From a virus (lineage: Duplodnaviria; Caudoviricetes), in IMG/VR virus record IMGVR_UViG_3300031414_000021, positions 7,790 through 71,789 of that record: a DNA stretch of 64,000 nt, one strand, 5' to 3'. Within the stretch, counting starts at the first letter, position 1; every line of letters starts with the position of its first letter. The notes beneath the pieces were generated by a model. That model was not told the origin of the DNA and did not search any database. It saw only the letters and a list, made by a program, of their open reading frames with translations. Of the stretch, positions 1 to 9,142 are shown piece by piece. A program made the translations under genes and the position numbers.

Positions 1-1560
1 GATGCGCTGCTTGACTTGTTTCCTGCTGCCCTCAGGCTTCTTAACCTTTTTAGGACGGCGCAATGATTCAAGTTTGGTTGTCAACTTATCAAACTTCTTT
101 GCCTGTTCAAAGTCGGTTTCGATTTGTTCAATCTTGGCACGCACCTTGTCCAGACTTTTCTTCAACTGCTTTTTACTGTGCTGAGGACGCTCAACTGGAT
201 CAGCTTGGAGTTCTTCCAACTCAGAGCTAAACACATGGTAGATGATATCGTGGTCGCAGTCTGCAACAGTCTTCTCAGCACGCACCTTAGCTTTGCCCAA
301 ACTCTTTATGTCAACGTCCTGACTACAGGTAGGACAGGTTGTGCCGTCATCAAGATGTTCGTGCAGTCTGTGGTAGGCTTTGATTACTGCTCTGGCTTCT
401 GCTCTTTCTTCCTCAGCTTCTTCACGAGTTCGCTTAGGCTTTTTGCGCTTAGCCAGTTCGTCAGCCAACTCCTGGAGTCGTCCCTTGTAGGAGTCGTAGG
501 CTTGTCCTTGCTCATCAAGGTCTTCCAAGTCTTGCTCAATCTGTTCCTCTTCCTTGATCAAGGCACCGTGGCGTTTCGCCAGCTTTTTGGTGTCTACGCT
601 TTCTGACAGACCAAGCTCTGTGATACGCGACTCAAGCTCCGTGCGAGTCTCTTTATATTCTTCCAGTTCTTCCGCATAGTCGGCATAGTCTGCAAACTGT
701 TGGAGTTGAACACGCAACAGCTTTAACTCTGTGCGGCTGTCATCTGACTCAACACCTAGTTGTTCAATCTTGGCCAACGTTGCTTCATACTGCTTGGCAT
801 TGTTGCGTACAGTACTCAGTTCAACAAAGCTCTGGTACATTTCGTTGCGCTGCTCTTTGAGAGTGTCGCAACGGGCGATCATCTTCTTGAGGCGCTTGCG
901 GTCTTTCGGACTGATCTTGATTGCGTTCTGCTTGCGTTGAGTAACATCAAGCATGTCCGCCAGACCTTTGGATTCAGTCTCTGCATCACGGGCAGCGTCC
1001 AGCTTTTCTTTCAGCTTGGCACGAATGCGGTCATACACATCAAGATTGAACACGTTGGTCAGATACTGGAGACGCTCACTCGGTGTTGCACGCTGGAACG
1101 GATGAGGTACCTGCGTTGTGATATAGGCATAGCTGTAGAACTCTTCCCTGTTGAGAGGAAAGTGTTTCTCAATCCAGCCACGCGCAACGTCCTGACGATC
1201 TACTTTCTGGTCTTCGCCGTCGTGAGTAACCTGATACTTCTTGGCTGTCTGCAACACGGTAATGTCTTTGCCATCAGGTGCGCCCCAAGTAAGTTCGATT
1301 TCACTTTCCTTGTTGCCCAGCATGTTGGTCTTTGCTTTCTTGGTCATTGCCAAGGGGTCTGCTTCATACAACAGATTTGGAATACTACCAAACATCAAAC
1401 TCTTGCCAACACCGTTACGGTTGTCTTTGAGATTCTGACTGTCCTTGTTCAGGCCACTGATGGTTACAAACCCTTCATTATCGAGGTCTTGAAGATTCAA
1501 TTCCTCGTAGACGCCTACTTTTTTAAGACGTATAGACTTTAGGCGAATGCCGTGCTGCAT
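1..1560 (-). CDS. SbcC/Rad50 (gp46-like) recombination ATPase, N-terminal part; runs off the window start
   Basis: Read manually because the ORF track omits it (no stop inside the window). ATG at 1560 gives MQHGIRLKSIRLKKVGVYEELNL...NRNGVGKSLMFG (Walker A), followed by a long K/E/Q coiled coil. TGATG overlap with the upstream ORF. Confidence 0.85.
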   Translation of the reverse strand, partial: MQHGIRLKSIRLKKVGVYEELNLQDLDNEGFVTISGLNKDSQNLKDNRNGVGKSLMFGSIPNLLYEADPLAMTKKAKTNMLGNKESEIELTWGAPDGKDITVLQTAKKYQVTHDGEDQKVDRQDVARGWIEKHFPLNREEFYSYAYITTQVPHPFQRATPSERLQYLTNVFNLDVYDRIRAKLKEKLDAARDAETESKGLADMLDVTQRKQNAIKISPKDRKRLKKMIARCDTLKEQRNEMYQSFVELSTVRNNAKQYEATLAKIEQLGVESDDSRTELKLLRVQLQQFADYADYAEELEEYKETRTELESRITELGLSESVDTKKLAKRHGALIKEEEQIEQDLEDLDEQGQAYDSYKGRLQELADELAKRKKPKRTREEAEEERAEARAVIKAYHRLHEHLDDGTTCPTCSQDVDIKSLGKAKVRAEKTVADCDHDIIYHVFSSELEELQADPVERPQHSKKQLKKSLDKVRAKIEQIETDFEQAKKFDKLTTKLESLRRPKKVKKPEGSRKQVKQRI

Positions 1561-1748
1561 CAATCGGCCTCTGTGATTTCATCAACGTGCAGACCTTCCA
1601 GCCCATTCTGTCGGGCGAGTTGATCTAGTTCTCTGTCCGTAAACTCACGGGTTCCCTGAGCGACAACAACGATCTCATCATTGCCATCAATGTCATGAGT
1701 TGACTTGCGATAGTACGCACGGTGAATGATAACGCGATGTTTAGCCAT
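1560..1748 (-). CDS. hypothetical protein (MAKHRV...)
   Basis: ORF track; probable start at the internal ATG 1748; stop overlaps the SbcC start. Confidence 0.6.
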   Translation of the reverse strand: MAKHRVIIHRAYYRKSTHDIDGNDEIVVVAQGTREFTDRELDQLARQNGLEGLHVDEITEAD

Positions 1749-1750
1749 AG

Positions 1751-1948
1751 TCAGGACCACACTGAGGTAGGTTGAACCCAAACGTCTGCGCCATACTGAG
1801 CACGGAACTGATCGAGAGTTTGTTCGGACACAGGACAAAACGTCTGCTCCAGGACTTCTACTTCAACGATTGGCTCGTTGGTGTACGGGTCAATGTCTGG
1901 AACGTGACGGCAGATTGCGAATGCTGAGTGAGGCTTAAAATGTGACAT
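1751..1948 (-). CDS. hypothetical protein
   Basis: 65-aa ORF with a CTGTAAAT motif 37 nt upstream. Confidence 0.6.
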   Translation of the reverse strand: MSHFKPHSAFAICRHVPDIDPYTNEPIVEVEVLEQTFCPVSEQTLDQFRAQYGADVWVQPTSVWS

Positions 1949-2012
1949 ATCAGAAACCTGTTAAGATACAAGACTATGCCCAATATTTACAGAATTTTCT
2001 CATGGAACGACA

Positions 2013-2041
2013 AAAGGACCACCAGCAGGCAGTCCTTTGTT
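2013..2041. terminator. intrinsic terminator
   Basis: AAAGGAC...GTCCTTT stem with A/T tracts on both sides. Confidence 0.6.
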
Positions 2042-2482
2042 TTATAGCTTCCTCAGCTTCTTGCGCTTGTCTGGGTTGGCACGTTCAGGACGTTTAATCT
2101 GATTGGCAGACTTGCGTGCCTGAGCAATGCGGCGTTTGAGATCTTCGCGCTGACGCTTGTTGCTGTCGTTGTCCTGATCGGTACCTTCAAGTTTCTTCAA
2201 ACGGTCAAGCTGTTCAACCATTCGATCAATTTGTGCAGCACGTCCCAGCTTTTGCTGGTGGACACGCACAGCATCTTGTTGAACCATGCGGCTACGTTGT
2301 GCTTGTCTCATCTTCTTTCTGGCAGGAGCAGGGTCACGCCCTTTTGCCTGTGCATCGCTTACATCTTTTCTGGCTTCTGTTTCATTGCGCTTAGCATTTT
2401 GGAGATCGTTTTTGCTGTTCTCCAATGCCTTCTTTTGATTCTCAGTCATCTTTGAATCACTGAGACTGATAAGAATTTCCAT
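2042..2482 (-). CDS. basic coiled-coil protein with N-terminal ISLS motif (MEILISLS)
   Basis: ATG 2482 after GGAG; K/R/Q-rich 146 aa. Confidence 0.75.
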   Translation of the reverse strand: MEILISLSDSKMTENQKKALENSKNDLQNAKRNETEARKDVSDAQAKGRDPAPARKKMRQAQRSRMVQQDAVRVHQQKLGRAAQIDRMVEQLDRLKKLEGTDQDNDSNKRQREDLKRRIAQARKSANQIKRPERANPDKRKKLRKL

Positions 2483-2493
2483 ACGTGCTCCAA

Positions 2494-2531
2494 AAGAAAA
2501 GGGGATGAGCCACGCTTGGTGAGTCATCCCC
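2494..2531 (-). terminator. intrinsic terminator
   Basis: GGGGATGA...TCATCCCC stem followed by a T-rich tract on the minus strand. Confidence 0.65.
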
Positions 2532-2631
2532 TATTGGTCAAGGTGCGCTATACACCCGGCCTTCTGGCCTACCATATTTGATAACCCTGCTGTGGTCACA
2601 GGGAGATAGGGATCACCTCCAAACGCACTAC

Positions 2632-3093
2632 TCATGCAGATGCTGTGTGCCATGCCAAATGCCTTCGAACAAATCGTTTAACATCTGGCTCGACGCCAAT
2701 CTCACGGTAATAGTTTATAAGCTCTTGCTCACTACGGAACCACAGCAAGTCTTTGCCCAGAAAGGGAATGACAATATACTGGTGGCGGCCCAGCACGTTA
2801 ACGCTGAGGTAGGTATCCCCGTTGTACTGATTATTAGCGATGGGTAATACTGACATTATCTCACGAAAGTCTGGAGCTGACACTAGGCTTTTTGTGCCTA
2901 TGCTCCACACTGCACCATTTTGTCCGTCATGTTTTATAATCACAGGTCCCATGCAAGATACAAACCGCGCGACTTCTTGGCCGTTAACGCGTTGTGCACC
3001 AAACATAAAGCGTGCTAGATTCTTGAGATCAGAAGAAGTGAACGGATGCTTAACTGTGCAGCGGTCTTTACTTAAACTAAGTAGACCGGACAT
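2632..3093 (-). CDS. hypothetical protein (MSGLLSLS..., ISLS-like start)
   Basis: ORF track 2632..3126; second ATG at 3093. Confidence 0.65.
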   Translation of the reverse strand: MSGLLSLSKDRCTVKHPFTSSDLKNLARFMFGAQRVNGQEVARFVSCMGPVIIKHDGQNGAVWSIGTKSLVSAPDFREIMSVLPIANNQYNGDTYLSVNVLGRHQYIVIPFLGKDLLWFRSEQELINYYREIGVEPDVKRFVRRHLAWHTASA

Positions 3094-3204
3094 ATACAAC
3101 CCCTTGTTGGCTTGCAGCCTCATCACTATACGACTAAATTAGCAACAGGACTGAGTTTCGTGAATGGAAACAGAAAAGGGAAGGCTTGCGCCCTCCCCTT
3201 CAAA

Positions 3205-4512
3205 TTAGTCCCGAGACTTGGTCTTCTTTTTCTTCTTCTTCTTTTCAGATTTATCTGCTTTGGCGTCTTCAGGCATGGACAAGGTGCTCATCTTGCCTTC
3301 ATTGAGATCTGCCATCAGGGTCATGACCTTGGACTCAATCATGATCTCTGCTGGAATGCTGGTGGTGTTAAACCCAATCTCAGATTCAGCCAGTGCAGTT
3401 TGCAGATAGATCAAACGCACAGGGTTAACGTTGATCTTGTTCTGCTTGGCCATGTTGAGGAACATCTTGAGGCCAGCCGTCTGCCACTTGTTCGTCTCAG
3501 CCATGTGACCGATGATGCCGTGAATAACCCAACGCGCTTTCATCACAATGCCACGCGGGTTGTTTGCCTCACGAATAAACTGGACGACACTGATAAGGTC
3601 CATATCGAGATACGCACCAATCATCTGAACTGCTTTAGCTTCCATTTCGATTTCTGGATCAGCTGAGGCAAGTTCATTGACCAATGCCTTATCAAACTTC
3701 TCACCGCCAACTACAGACGAGTAGATCGTTTGCAACATGCCGATTGCACCACGCATCTGTCCACCAGCATACTCTGCCACTGACTTGATCGCTTCTTCTG
3801 CACGTTCACGCGACTTGTCTTTCTTAGGCATGATGCCTTCTGTTTCAGCAATCTCGGTCAGACGCTTGGCGATAACATCGAGTTTGATTGGCTGAATAGG
3901 AAGGTTGGTAGCACGACTGACGATAGTCGGCTTCATCTTCTCAGGGTTGGTTGTGACAAAGATCCACACAGTGTGCTCTGGCGGTTCTTCTGTTGTCACA
4001 AGGAACTTGGACTCTGCCTGAGGACTCATCAAGTGTGCTTCGTCGAGAATGTACACACGACGTTTGAACATCGGACTGAGTTCAGCACTATCAATGATCT
4101 TCTGGCTGCCGTCTACTTTACCCCAATCGCCACCCATGTCGTAGCTCAGGATATCTGGATGCGCGTCTTTGCCCATGTCAGCCATCTTACAGCTACGGCA
4201 TTTACCACAGGCGGAGAACGTGTCACAGTTGATGTACTTGGCCACAAGCCGTGCAAACGTTGTCTTACCAGAACCATAATGACCAGTAACAAGAATGGTC
4301 GCAGGCACGATACCGCTCTTGGTCCAGCCTCGGAAGATCTTAACGATGTGGTCTTGACCCACGTAATCTTCAATTACGCGTGGACGGTACTTGGCAGCAA
4401 AGTTCACGGTCTTGAGTTCAACTACCTCACCGCCTTTGCTGCTCTTTTTCTTGCTTGACTTCGGCTCGTCATCACTCGCGCCAAAGCTCCGCTGTTTCTT
4501 GTCTTTTGCCAT
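3205..4512 (-). CDS. dnaX: DNA polymerase III gamma/tau (DnaX)-like clamp loader subunit
   Basis: Walker A GHYGSGKTT, Zn motif C..CGKCRSC, ILDEAH Walker B, EEPP..WIFVTT, TIVSR arginine finger; poly-K C-terminal tail. Confidence 0.9.
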   Translation of the reverse strand: MAKDKKQRSFGASDDEPKSSKKKSSKGGEVVELKTVNFAAKYRPRVIEDYVGQDHIVKIFRGWTKSGIVPATILVTGHYGSGKTTFARLVAKYINCDTFSACGKCRSCKMADMGKDAHPDILSYDMGGDWGKVDGSQKIIDSAELSPMFKRRVYILDEAHLMSPQAESKFLVTTEEPPEHTVWIFVTTNPEKMKPTIVSRATNLPIQPIKLDVIAKRLTEIAETEGIMPKKDKSRERAEEAIKSVAEYAGGQMRGAIGMLQTIYSSVVGGEKFDKALVNELASADPEIEMEAKAVQMIGAYLDMDLISVVQFIREANNPRGIVMKARWVIHGIIGHMAETNKWQTAGLKMFLNMAKQNKINVNPVRLIYLQTALAESEIGFNTTSIPAEIMIESKVMTLMADLNEGKMSTLSMPEDAKADKSEKKKKKKKTKSRD

Positions 4513-4568
4513 TTTTGAAAATACCCTTCGTGAGTTTACTCATATTTACAGATTTTCCATGTCCATAG

Positions 4569-4605
4569 ACAAAAAAAAAGGGACAGACCAAATCCATGGC
4601 TGTCC
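4569..4605 (-). terminator. intrinsic terminator
   Basis: GGGACAG...CTGTCCC stem with a T9 tract on the minus strand. Confidence 0.7.
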
Positions 4606-4687
4606 CGTATATAAAAGCAAAAGCAAAAAAGACACGATGTTCTGGAGGATGAATCCAGAGGGTATTTGCAGTGTGGCATCTACAAAT

Positions 4688-4912
4688 TCAGGCAACGAAA
4701 GCAAGTCCAGGTTCGAAACGTGGAGTCACTTCTGTGTAATCTTGGTAGGCAGCATCGTTCTGCTGGCGGGCACGGTTCACACGTTCAATCTCACGTTGGA
4801 CGTCAGAGTAACTGCGGATATTGCTGCGTACAGTGCGGGTTTCAAATGTGCCATCGTGGCGAACCAAATCCACGACAACACGATAACAACTTCTGTTCAT
4901 GTTAGTCTCCAT
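4688..4912 (-). CDS. hypothetical protein
   Basis: 74-aa ORF with CTGTAAATA 41 nt upstream. Confidence 0.6.
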   Translation of the reverse strand: METNMNRSCYRVVVDLVRHDGTFETRTVRSNIRSYSDVQREIERVNRARQQNDAAYQDYTEVTPRFEPGLAFVA

Positions 4913-4992
4913 TAATAGGGCCTTTCAGCCCTAGAATTATCTGCTGCTTTATATTTACAGAAAGCAGCCACATGTGGAGGCTAAGACAACTC

Positions 4993-5352
4993 TTATTTTT
5001 TAGCCAGTGGATCAGTGACAATCTGAGGCTGAGGAATCTGGTCTGTTTTAGCACCGAGACGCTCAAGCCCTGATTTAATGTCCTGCACCAGGTCATGCAT
5101 TTGCTGAGCAACGCCAGCCACCGCTGTGGCAGATTGCTCTACCGAAGTCAGGCGGCCATCAAGCCCATCAACAACAGAGCTGAGTCGGTCAGTCTGCTGC
5201 TTAACGGTTGCTTCAAGGTCTTTGCGCGAGTTTTCGAAGTCCTGATAATAACGCTGCGATTCGTTGGGATGGCGTTTAGTCCACCACACACCGAATGCAA
5301 ACATACCAATAGCAACGATCACTGTAACGATTAACCAAGCAAGTGTGGTCAT
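4993..5352 (-). CDS. single-pass membrane protein with coiled-coil tail
   Basis: MTTLAWLIVTVIVAIGMFAFGVWW TM segment, then heptad-like region; GGAG upstream. Confidence 0.7.
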   Translation of the reverse strand: MTTLAWLIVTVIVAIGMFAFGVWWTKRHPNESQRYYQDFENSRKDLEATVKQQTDRLSSVVDGLDGRLTSVEQSATAVAGVAQQMHDLVQDIKSGLERLGAKTDQIPQPQIVTDPLAKK

Positions 5353-5379
5353 AAGGAAATCTCCGAGGATAGTTATTAA

Positions 5380-5812
5380 ACCAGCCAAGGAAATATGACC
5401 AGGGCTGGCGTGGTTCAGCCCCATGCGTTGAGGACTCCAATACACACTCGTAAATGCATATTGGAGTCCACCCAGTGAGCAACGCGAATCAATCAACTGG
5501 GCTTTCTCCCCCTCAGTTTAAGGCGCCTAGAGGGATTGCGGCGCCCGAGAGAGTCTTACACCTTTGTGCGCACGGCTGACGACGGCACAGGTAGCACTGT
5601 TGGCATCAGCGTGCAGCGAGGTTGCTCTGCTCAAAACCAGCATGACGGTGCTGGTCAGAGTGTCCGCCTAACGAGGCAGCTCCAGGTTATGCAGGACACG
5701 ACTCTCACTAATAAGCCATCTAACACCGCTGACCGTGAGAGCATGAATTGGTTGCGATGCGCACAATGCACAAAAAGGAGAAGGGCCAGAGGGATTGCTT
5801 CCAGCCCTTCTC
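5380..5812 (-). ncRNA. candidate structured non-coding RNA or long structured leader (family not recognised)
   Basis: No credible ORF; about 9 stems in 430 nt (e.g. 5432-5442/5459-5469, 5471-5476/5496-5501, 5522-5527/5540-5545, 5636-5642/5649-5655, 5660-5665/5694-5699, 5702-5708/5735-5741); G-U extensions form only on the minus strand. Confidence 0.5.
5772..5812 (-). terminator. terminator-like hairpin
   Basis: GAGAAGGGC/GCCCTTCTC 9-bp stem with T5 on the minus strand, downstream of the HAD gene. Confidence 0.6.
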
Positions 5813-5894
5813 AAACGTGCAGAAGAACACTCCGTGTCCTTCATTTGTTACGCTATTTAATTAGTGAAATTTGCCGAAGTGGCTAAGATTTTTC

Positions 5895-6488
5895 TTAACT
5901 ATTTATGGCACTAAGGTCGCGTTGCATTTGCTCGATGGCGTCAAAGAATTCATCGCGCTCAAAGGTATCAATGCGGTACGGATGTGGGATGTGACTGTTC
6001 CAAGGTTGATTCTGGAGCAATACATTACTAGGCAGGGGTCTGGACTGGTCAAAGATTGGTTTGTCGTCAACAAGGATAAAGTTGTTGTGCCCAAACATCT
6101 GTTGGAGATACACCAACTTGTCTTTGGTGGCTGCGTCATAGGGATCTATAACGTGTAAGCGGCCAATCAAGTTGTGCAGGTTATTCTGCTCCAGACTTCG
6201 GACGGTGTATAAGAATCCACGTTCATTGTAACCACGATGTGTGCAGACATGTACCGTACGGCCAGAAGCACGCAACAGGTCAAGAGTGTTTGCCACAAAC
6301 GGACGCAGTGGTACGTGTAACATAAATTCAGCGCTGGCCAACAGTTCAAGGAAATGAGGTCCAGCGTTAGCTGCTGTGAGGTAATGACCTTGACAATCCA
6401 CGCCACGACTTTTCAGATACTGATCAAAGTATGGGTAGGTCGCAAACGCGGTATCGTCAAGATCAACTACAATGTCTTTTATAAACAT
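5895..6488 (-). CDS. HAD-superfamily 5'(3')-deoxyribonucleotidase-like protein
   Basis: DLDDT motif I, CTHRG motif II, LVDDKP motif IV, QPWN. Confidence 0.7.
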   Translation of the reverse strand: MFIKDIVVDLDDTAFATYPYFDQYLKSRGVDCQGHYLTAANAGPHFLELLASAEFMLHVPLRPFVANTLDLLRASGRTVHVCTHRGYNERGFLYTVRSLEQNNLHNLIGRLHVIDPYDAATKDKLVYLQQMFGHNNFILVDDKPIFDQSRPLPSNVLLQNQPWNSHIPHPYRIDTFERDEFFDAIEQMQRDLSAINS

Positions 6489-6874
6489 TAATGTTCCACG
6501 CTGGGTAGGAGCAAGGGCAGTCCGTTGATCATTGCCAGAGTGAGATTAAATTCGCAGTAAGCACGAACAAAATCATCATGGTTGCCCATAATAGTACACT
6601 CTTCATCCTCACTGATCTCGAAACTGTCACGGCTTATCAGGTCAAGCCCGTAGTTCCGTGACGGTACCATTTCGTGAGGATTGATCATCCACATCTGCCC
6701 TGCTGTTTCAACAATGTGCCCGACGTAATCGGTACGGCCACGTCGCACAAAGCGCAACATGGGACCAATGTTTGACAGTGCTTGGGTCAGTTGCTGTTCG
6801 TTCAGATCAACTGAATGCACTACATCATCGTCGGAGAAATCAAAATCAAAGTCATCATGCTCTACGCTTTGCAT
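6488..6874 (-). CDS. hypothetical protein
   Basis: ORF coupled to its neighbours. Confidence 0.65.
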   Translation of the reverse strand: MQSVEHDDFDFDFSDDDVVHSVDLNEQQLTQALSNIGPMLRFVRRGRTDYVGHIVETAGQMWMINPHEMVPSRNYGLDLISRDSFEISEDEECTIMGNHDDFVRAYCEFNLTLAMINGLPLLLPSVEH

Positions 6875-7457
6875 CAGGTACTACTCCTTTGAGACCACGT
6901 ATTACCGAGGGGCTCATACCGATTAACATCGATCGGCCAACCGAAGTATGCATACGTTGGTTAACTGCGAGATTAACTAGGTTGTCCACTACAAAGTCAA
7001 TGTCTTTACCTATCTTGTTACAGACATGGTTGATCATCGCCTCGCTGGGTTGAGCAAAGAACGTTAATATCTCGGCGTCGTGCAGAATCTTTCCTTCATC
7101 TGTCAACGGCGCTAGTGGCGTCTCTTGGTCTCTGATGTAACTCGTAATAACAGGACCTTCAATTTTATTCGACAAGTTGCCGAACACCTGAACGAGATTG
7201 AGTGCCGATGCAACACTGTACTTGTGTTCAACGGCAACCATTCGCAAGAAAAGGCTTGCAGCCAAAAGATTGTGGTCGATGCGCAGACGTTCCGATGTCA
7301 GAGTCAGAATATCGTGCGACAGGCCAACCACATTCAAGGCAAAATCTCGGGTGTACATGGAGTGTTGCTTGTTGTGTTTGTCAAAGAACTGGGTGGCGGT
7401 TACCAATCCAATTCGTGCCAACAACAACTCTCCTTTTACGCTGTTGATGTTATACAC
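6855..7457 (-). CDS. HD-domain-like protein, apparently degenerate
   Basis: LLAASLFLRM and EGKILHDAEIL resemble HD-fold helices, but the HD dyad is absent. Confidence 0.4.
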   Translation of the reverse strand: MYNINSVKGELLLARIGLVTATQFFDKHNKQHSMYTRDFALNVVGLSHDILTLTSERLRIDHNLLAASLFLRMVAVEHKYSVASALNLVQVFGNLSNKIEGPVITSYIRDQETPLAPLTDEGKILHDAEILTFFAQPSEAMINHVCNKIGKDIDFVVDNLVNLAVNQRMHTSVGRSMLIGMSPSVIRGLKGVVPDAKRRA

Positions 7458-7461
7458 AGCA

Positions 7462-8430
7462 TCACTCGGCGCGTACTTCTTTCAGGCTGTTCTTGATTGC
7501 CTTGCGCAGTGTCTTGCCAACGTCAACACCAGACACATGTCGGGCAAACGTATAGGCAAACAGGCTTGGGGCATTCTTCATTGCAGCCTTTTCAAGATCA
7601 GGACGCCCTTCGGCAACCTCAATCTCTCCCGGCCACAAATCAGCAACTGACGTTCCGTCCTGCTGTGCCATGAGTTCCAACTCTCTGACTGAGATAGAAC
7701 GTTGTCTGGCGATTGATCGGAAGATCAGATCGACAAACGGCAACAGGTCTTCGGACACCACATTCTTAACATCTTTCGCATCACCAGCGTGGAGGAAGTC
7801 TTCAAGCAAACCTGCCAAGACTTCTTTATCCAAACGATGAACATTGCGCAACTTGTTGAACAGGACGAGCCAGCGAACTTTGCGCTTGGAACTTAACAGG
7901 TGAGTCCAAATGCTTTCGCCAATCCCATACAGCAAGCGGTTATAAACATCTTCTCCGACGTGGGTCGAATCGAGGTATACTGTGAGTTCGTCCTGCCACT
8001 CTTCCTTTTTAAAACGTGAACGGAAGGTGTGAGTCTTGCTGCCGCCCTGCTGAACAAAGTTGATAGCCGTCATGCGGCGAATAGCCTCATGCAGGTTATA
8101 CTTGTCAACGATTTTGGGCAGGCGCTTGAGACCAACACGGGCAGCCTTACGAACTTCATCAGGGCGTCCGTACAGATGCATCTTGGGCAGCGTGCTGATA
8201 TCAGGCAGGCTGTGATACGGTCTGACGGTAACGCCAAATGCGCTGGCACCAGGTTCAGGGTCAGCGCCAAGAACGCAGAGCACGTCTACGCTTGGACTAA
8301 ATTTGATTGTCTCTACTTCGCTCTTGTGCATGGTATTTGCAAGGATGCCAACTGTTTTACCAGTGGCCAGTACCAACACGTTTTTGTTACCAGAGCGAAC
8401 CACGAGATAATCATTCTCGTTATGTTTCAT
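7462..8430 (-). CDS. hypothetical protein
   Basis: 322-aa ORF with phage-like codon use; CTGTAAAT 57 nt upstream. Confidence 0.75.
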   Translation of the reverse strand: MKHNENDYLVVRSGNKNVLVLATGKTVGILANTMHKSEVETIKFSPSVDVLCVLGADPEPGASAFGVTVRPYHSLPDISTLPKMHLYGRPDEVRKAARVGLKRLPKIVDKYNLHEAIRRMTAINFVQQGGSKTHTFRSRFKKEEWQDELTVYLDSTHVGEDVYNRLLYGIGESIWTHLLSSKRKVRWLVLFNKLRNVHRLDKEVLAGLLEDFLHAGDAKDVKNVVSEDLLPFVDLIFRSIARQRSISVRELELMAQQDGTSVADLWPGEIEVAEGRPDLEKAAMKNAPSLFAYTFARHVSGVDVGKTLRKAIKNSLKEVRAE

Positions 8431-8462
8431 CTTTTATCCTGAGAATGTTGTTTCTCGTACAA

Positions 8463-8636
8463 TCAAATTACGACGGTACGAATGGAATTTACAGAAACGC
8501 TCATATCGAACGTGTTGAGACTTTTCTTAATCTTTTGCAACGCCTCTTCCTGATGTGGAAGGAGTTTAACGCGGACGTTCTGCAACGCGGGTTTGGTCGG
8601 ACGACGGCCTGTTGGACTACGCAGATTTTTGTTCAT
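8463..8636 (-). CDS. small basic hypothetical protein (MNKNLRS...)
   Basis: Internal ATG 8636 overlapping the end of the upstream gene. Confidence 0.5.
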   Translation of the reverse strand: MNKNLRSPTGRRPTKPALQNVRVKLLPHQEEALQKIKKSLNTFDMSVSVNSIRTVVI

Positions 8637-9126
8637 CACTTGCTCCAGTGTATTCAACGCAACTGTTGGGACACGCACCGCACCACGTGCCGGGCTTACA
8701 AGCTGTGGTGTTTGCGGCTTGCTGTGAGTCATCAAGGACAATCACAAGCTGCTCATACCATTGATCGGTATCTTCGAGTGCGAGACAGATGCTGGACAGC
8801 CCTTGATTGGACGCCAGCATCTTATCGATCACAATATATTGAGGACAACCTAACTCGCTTAGAATTTGTCCGACGCCCAAAGCTGGTGGCACCACATAAC
8901 GGTCTACGTCTTGGCGCAGGAAGCGATCATCTTTTGTAATGACTGCAACCTCGAAGCCAGCAAGGTCCATGTTGTTGCAAAACACTGTGTCGAACTGCCG
9001 ATAGGTTGACGAGCTGACACGCACTTCAACAACATTGAGGCCCATGGGATTGTCTCTGATCACCGTACAGTGAAAGCCAATCTCATCAGCCATGGAGCTA
9101 ACCAGCTTATTAATAATGTCGGACAT
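8617..9126 (-). CDS. hypothetical protein with Cys-rich C-terminus
   Basis: ORF track; CKPGTWCGACPNSC. Confidence 0.6.
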   Translation of the reverse strand: MSDIINKLVSSMADEIGFHCTVIRDNPMGLNVVEVRVSSSTYRQFDTVFCNNMDLAGFEVAVITKDDRFLRQDVDRYVVPPALGVGQILSELGCPQYIVIDKMLASNQGLSSICLALEDTDQWYEQLVIVLDDSQQAANTTACKPGTWCGACPNSCVEYTGASDEQKSA

Positions 9127-9142
9127 TCTAGGCGATGCCTCT

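Noticed and set aside
2500-2570. CGGGTGTATAGCGCA resembling a tRNA-Pro 5' end
   Set aside because: No anticodon arm or TTCGA T-loop; the sequence runs into a terminator.
5340-5480. GGGGCTGA on the minus strand resembling a tmRNA 5' end (possible permuted tmRNA)
   Set aside because: No T-arm/CCA acceptor piece and no tag ORF ending in a hydrophobic-Ala motif; only about 70 nt remain before the next gene.
5495-5520. GAGGGGGAGAAAGCCC resembling the RNase P GAGGAAAGUCC element
   Set aside because: The match is imperfect, and the downstream conserved RNase P elements are neither present nor have room.
5350-5812. CsrB/RsmZ-like sRNA on the plus strand (AGGGA loops)
   Set aside because: GGA count (about 9 in 460 nt) is not clearly above expectation, and G-U pairing favours the minus strand.
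8463-9126. Overlapping ORFs 8617-9126 and 8463-8741 as a programmed frameshift
   Set aside because: An internal ATG at 8636 gives an ordinary short overlap, and no slippery sequence was noted.
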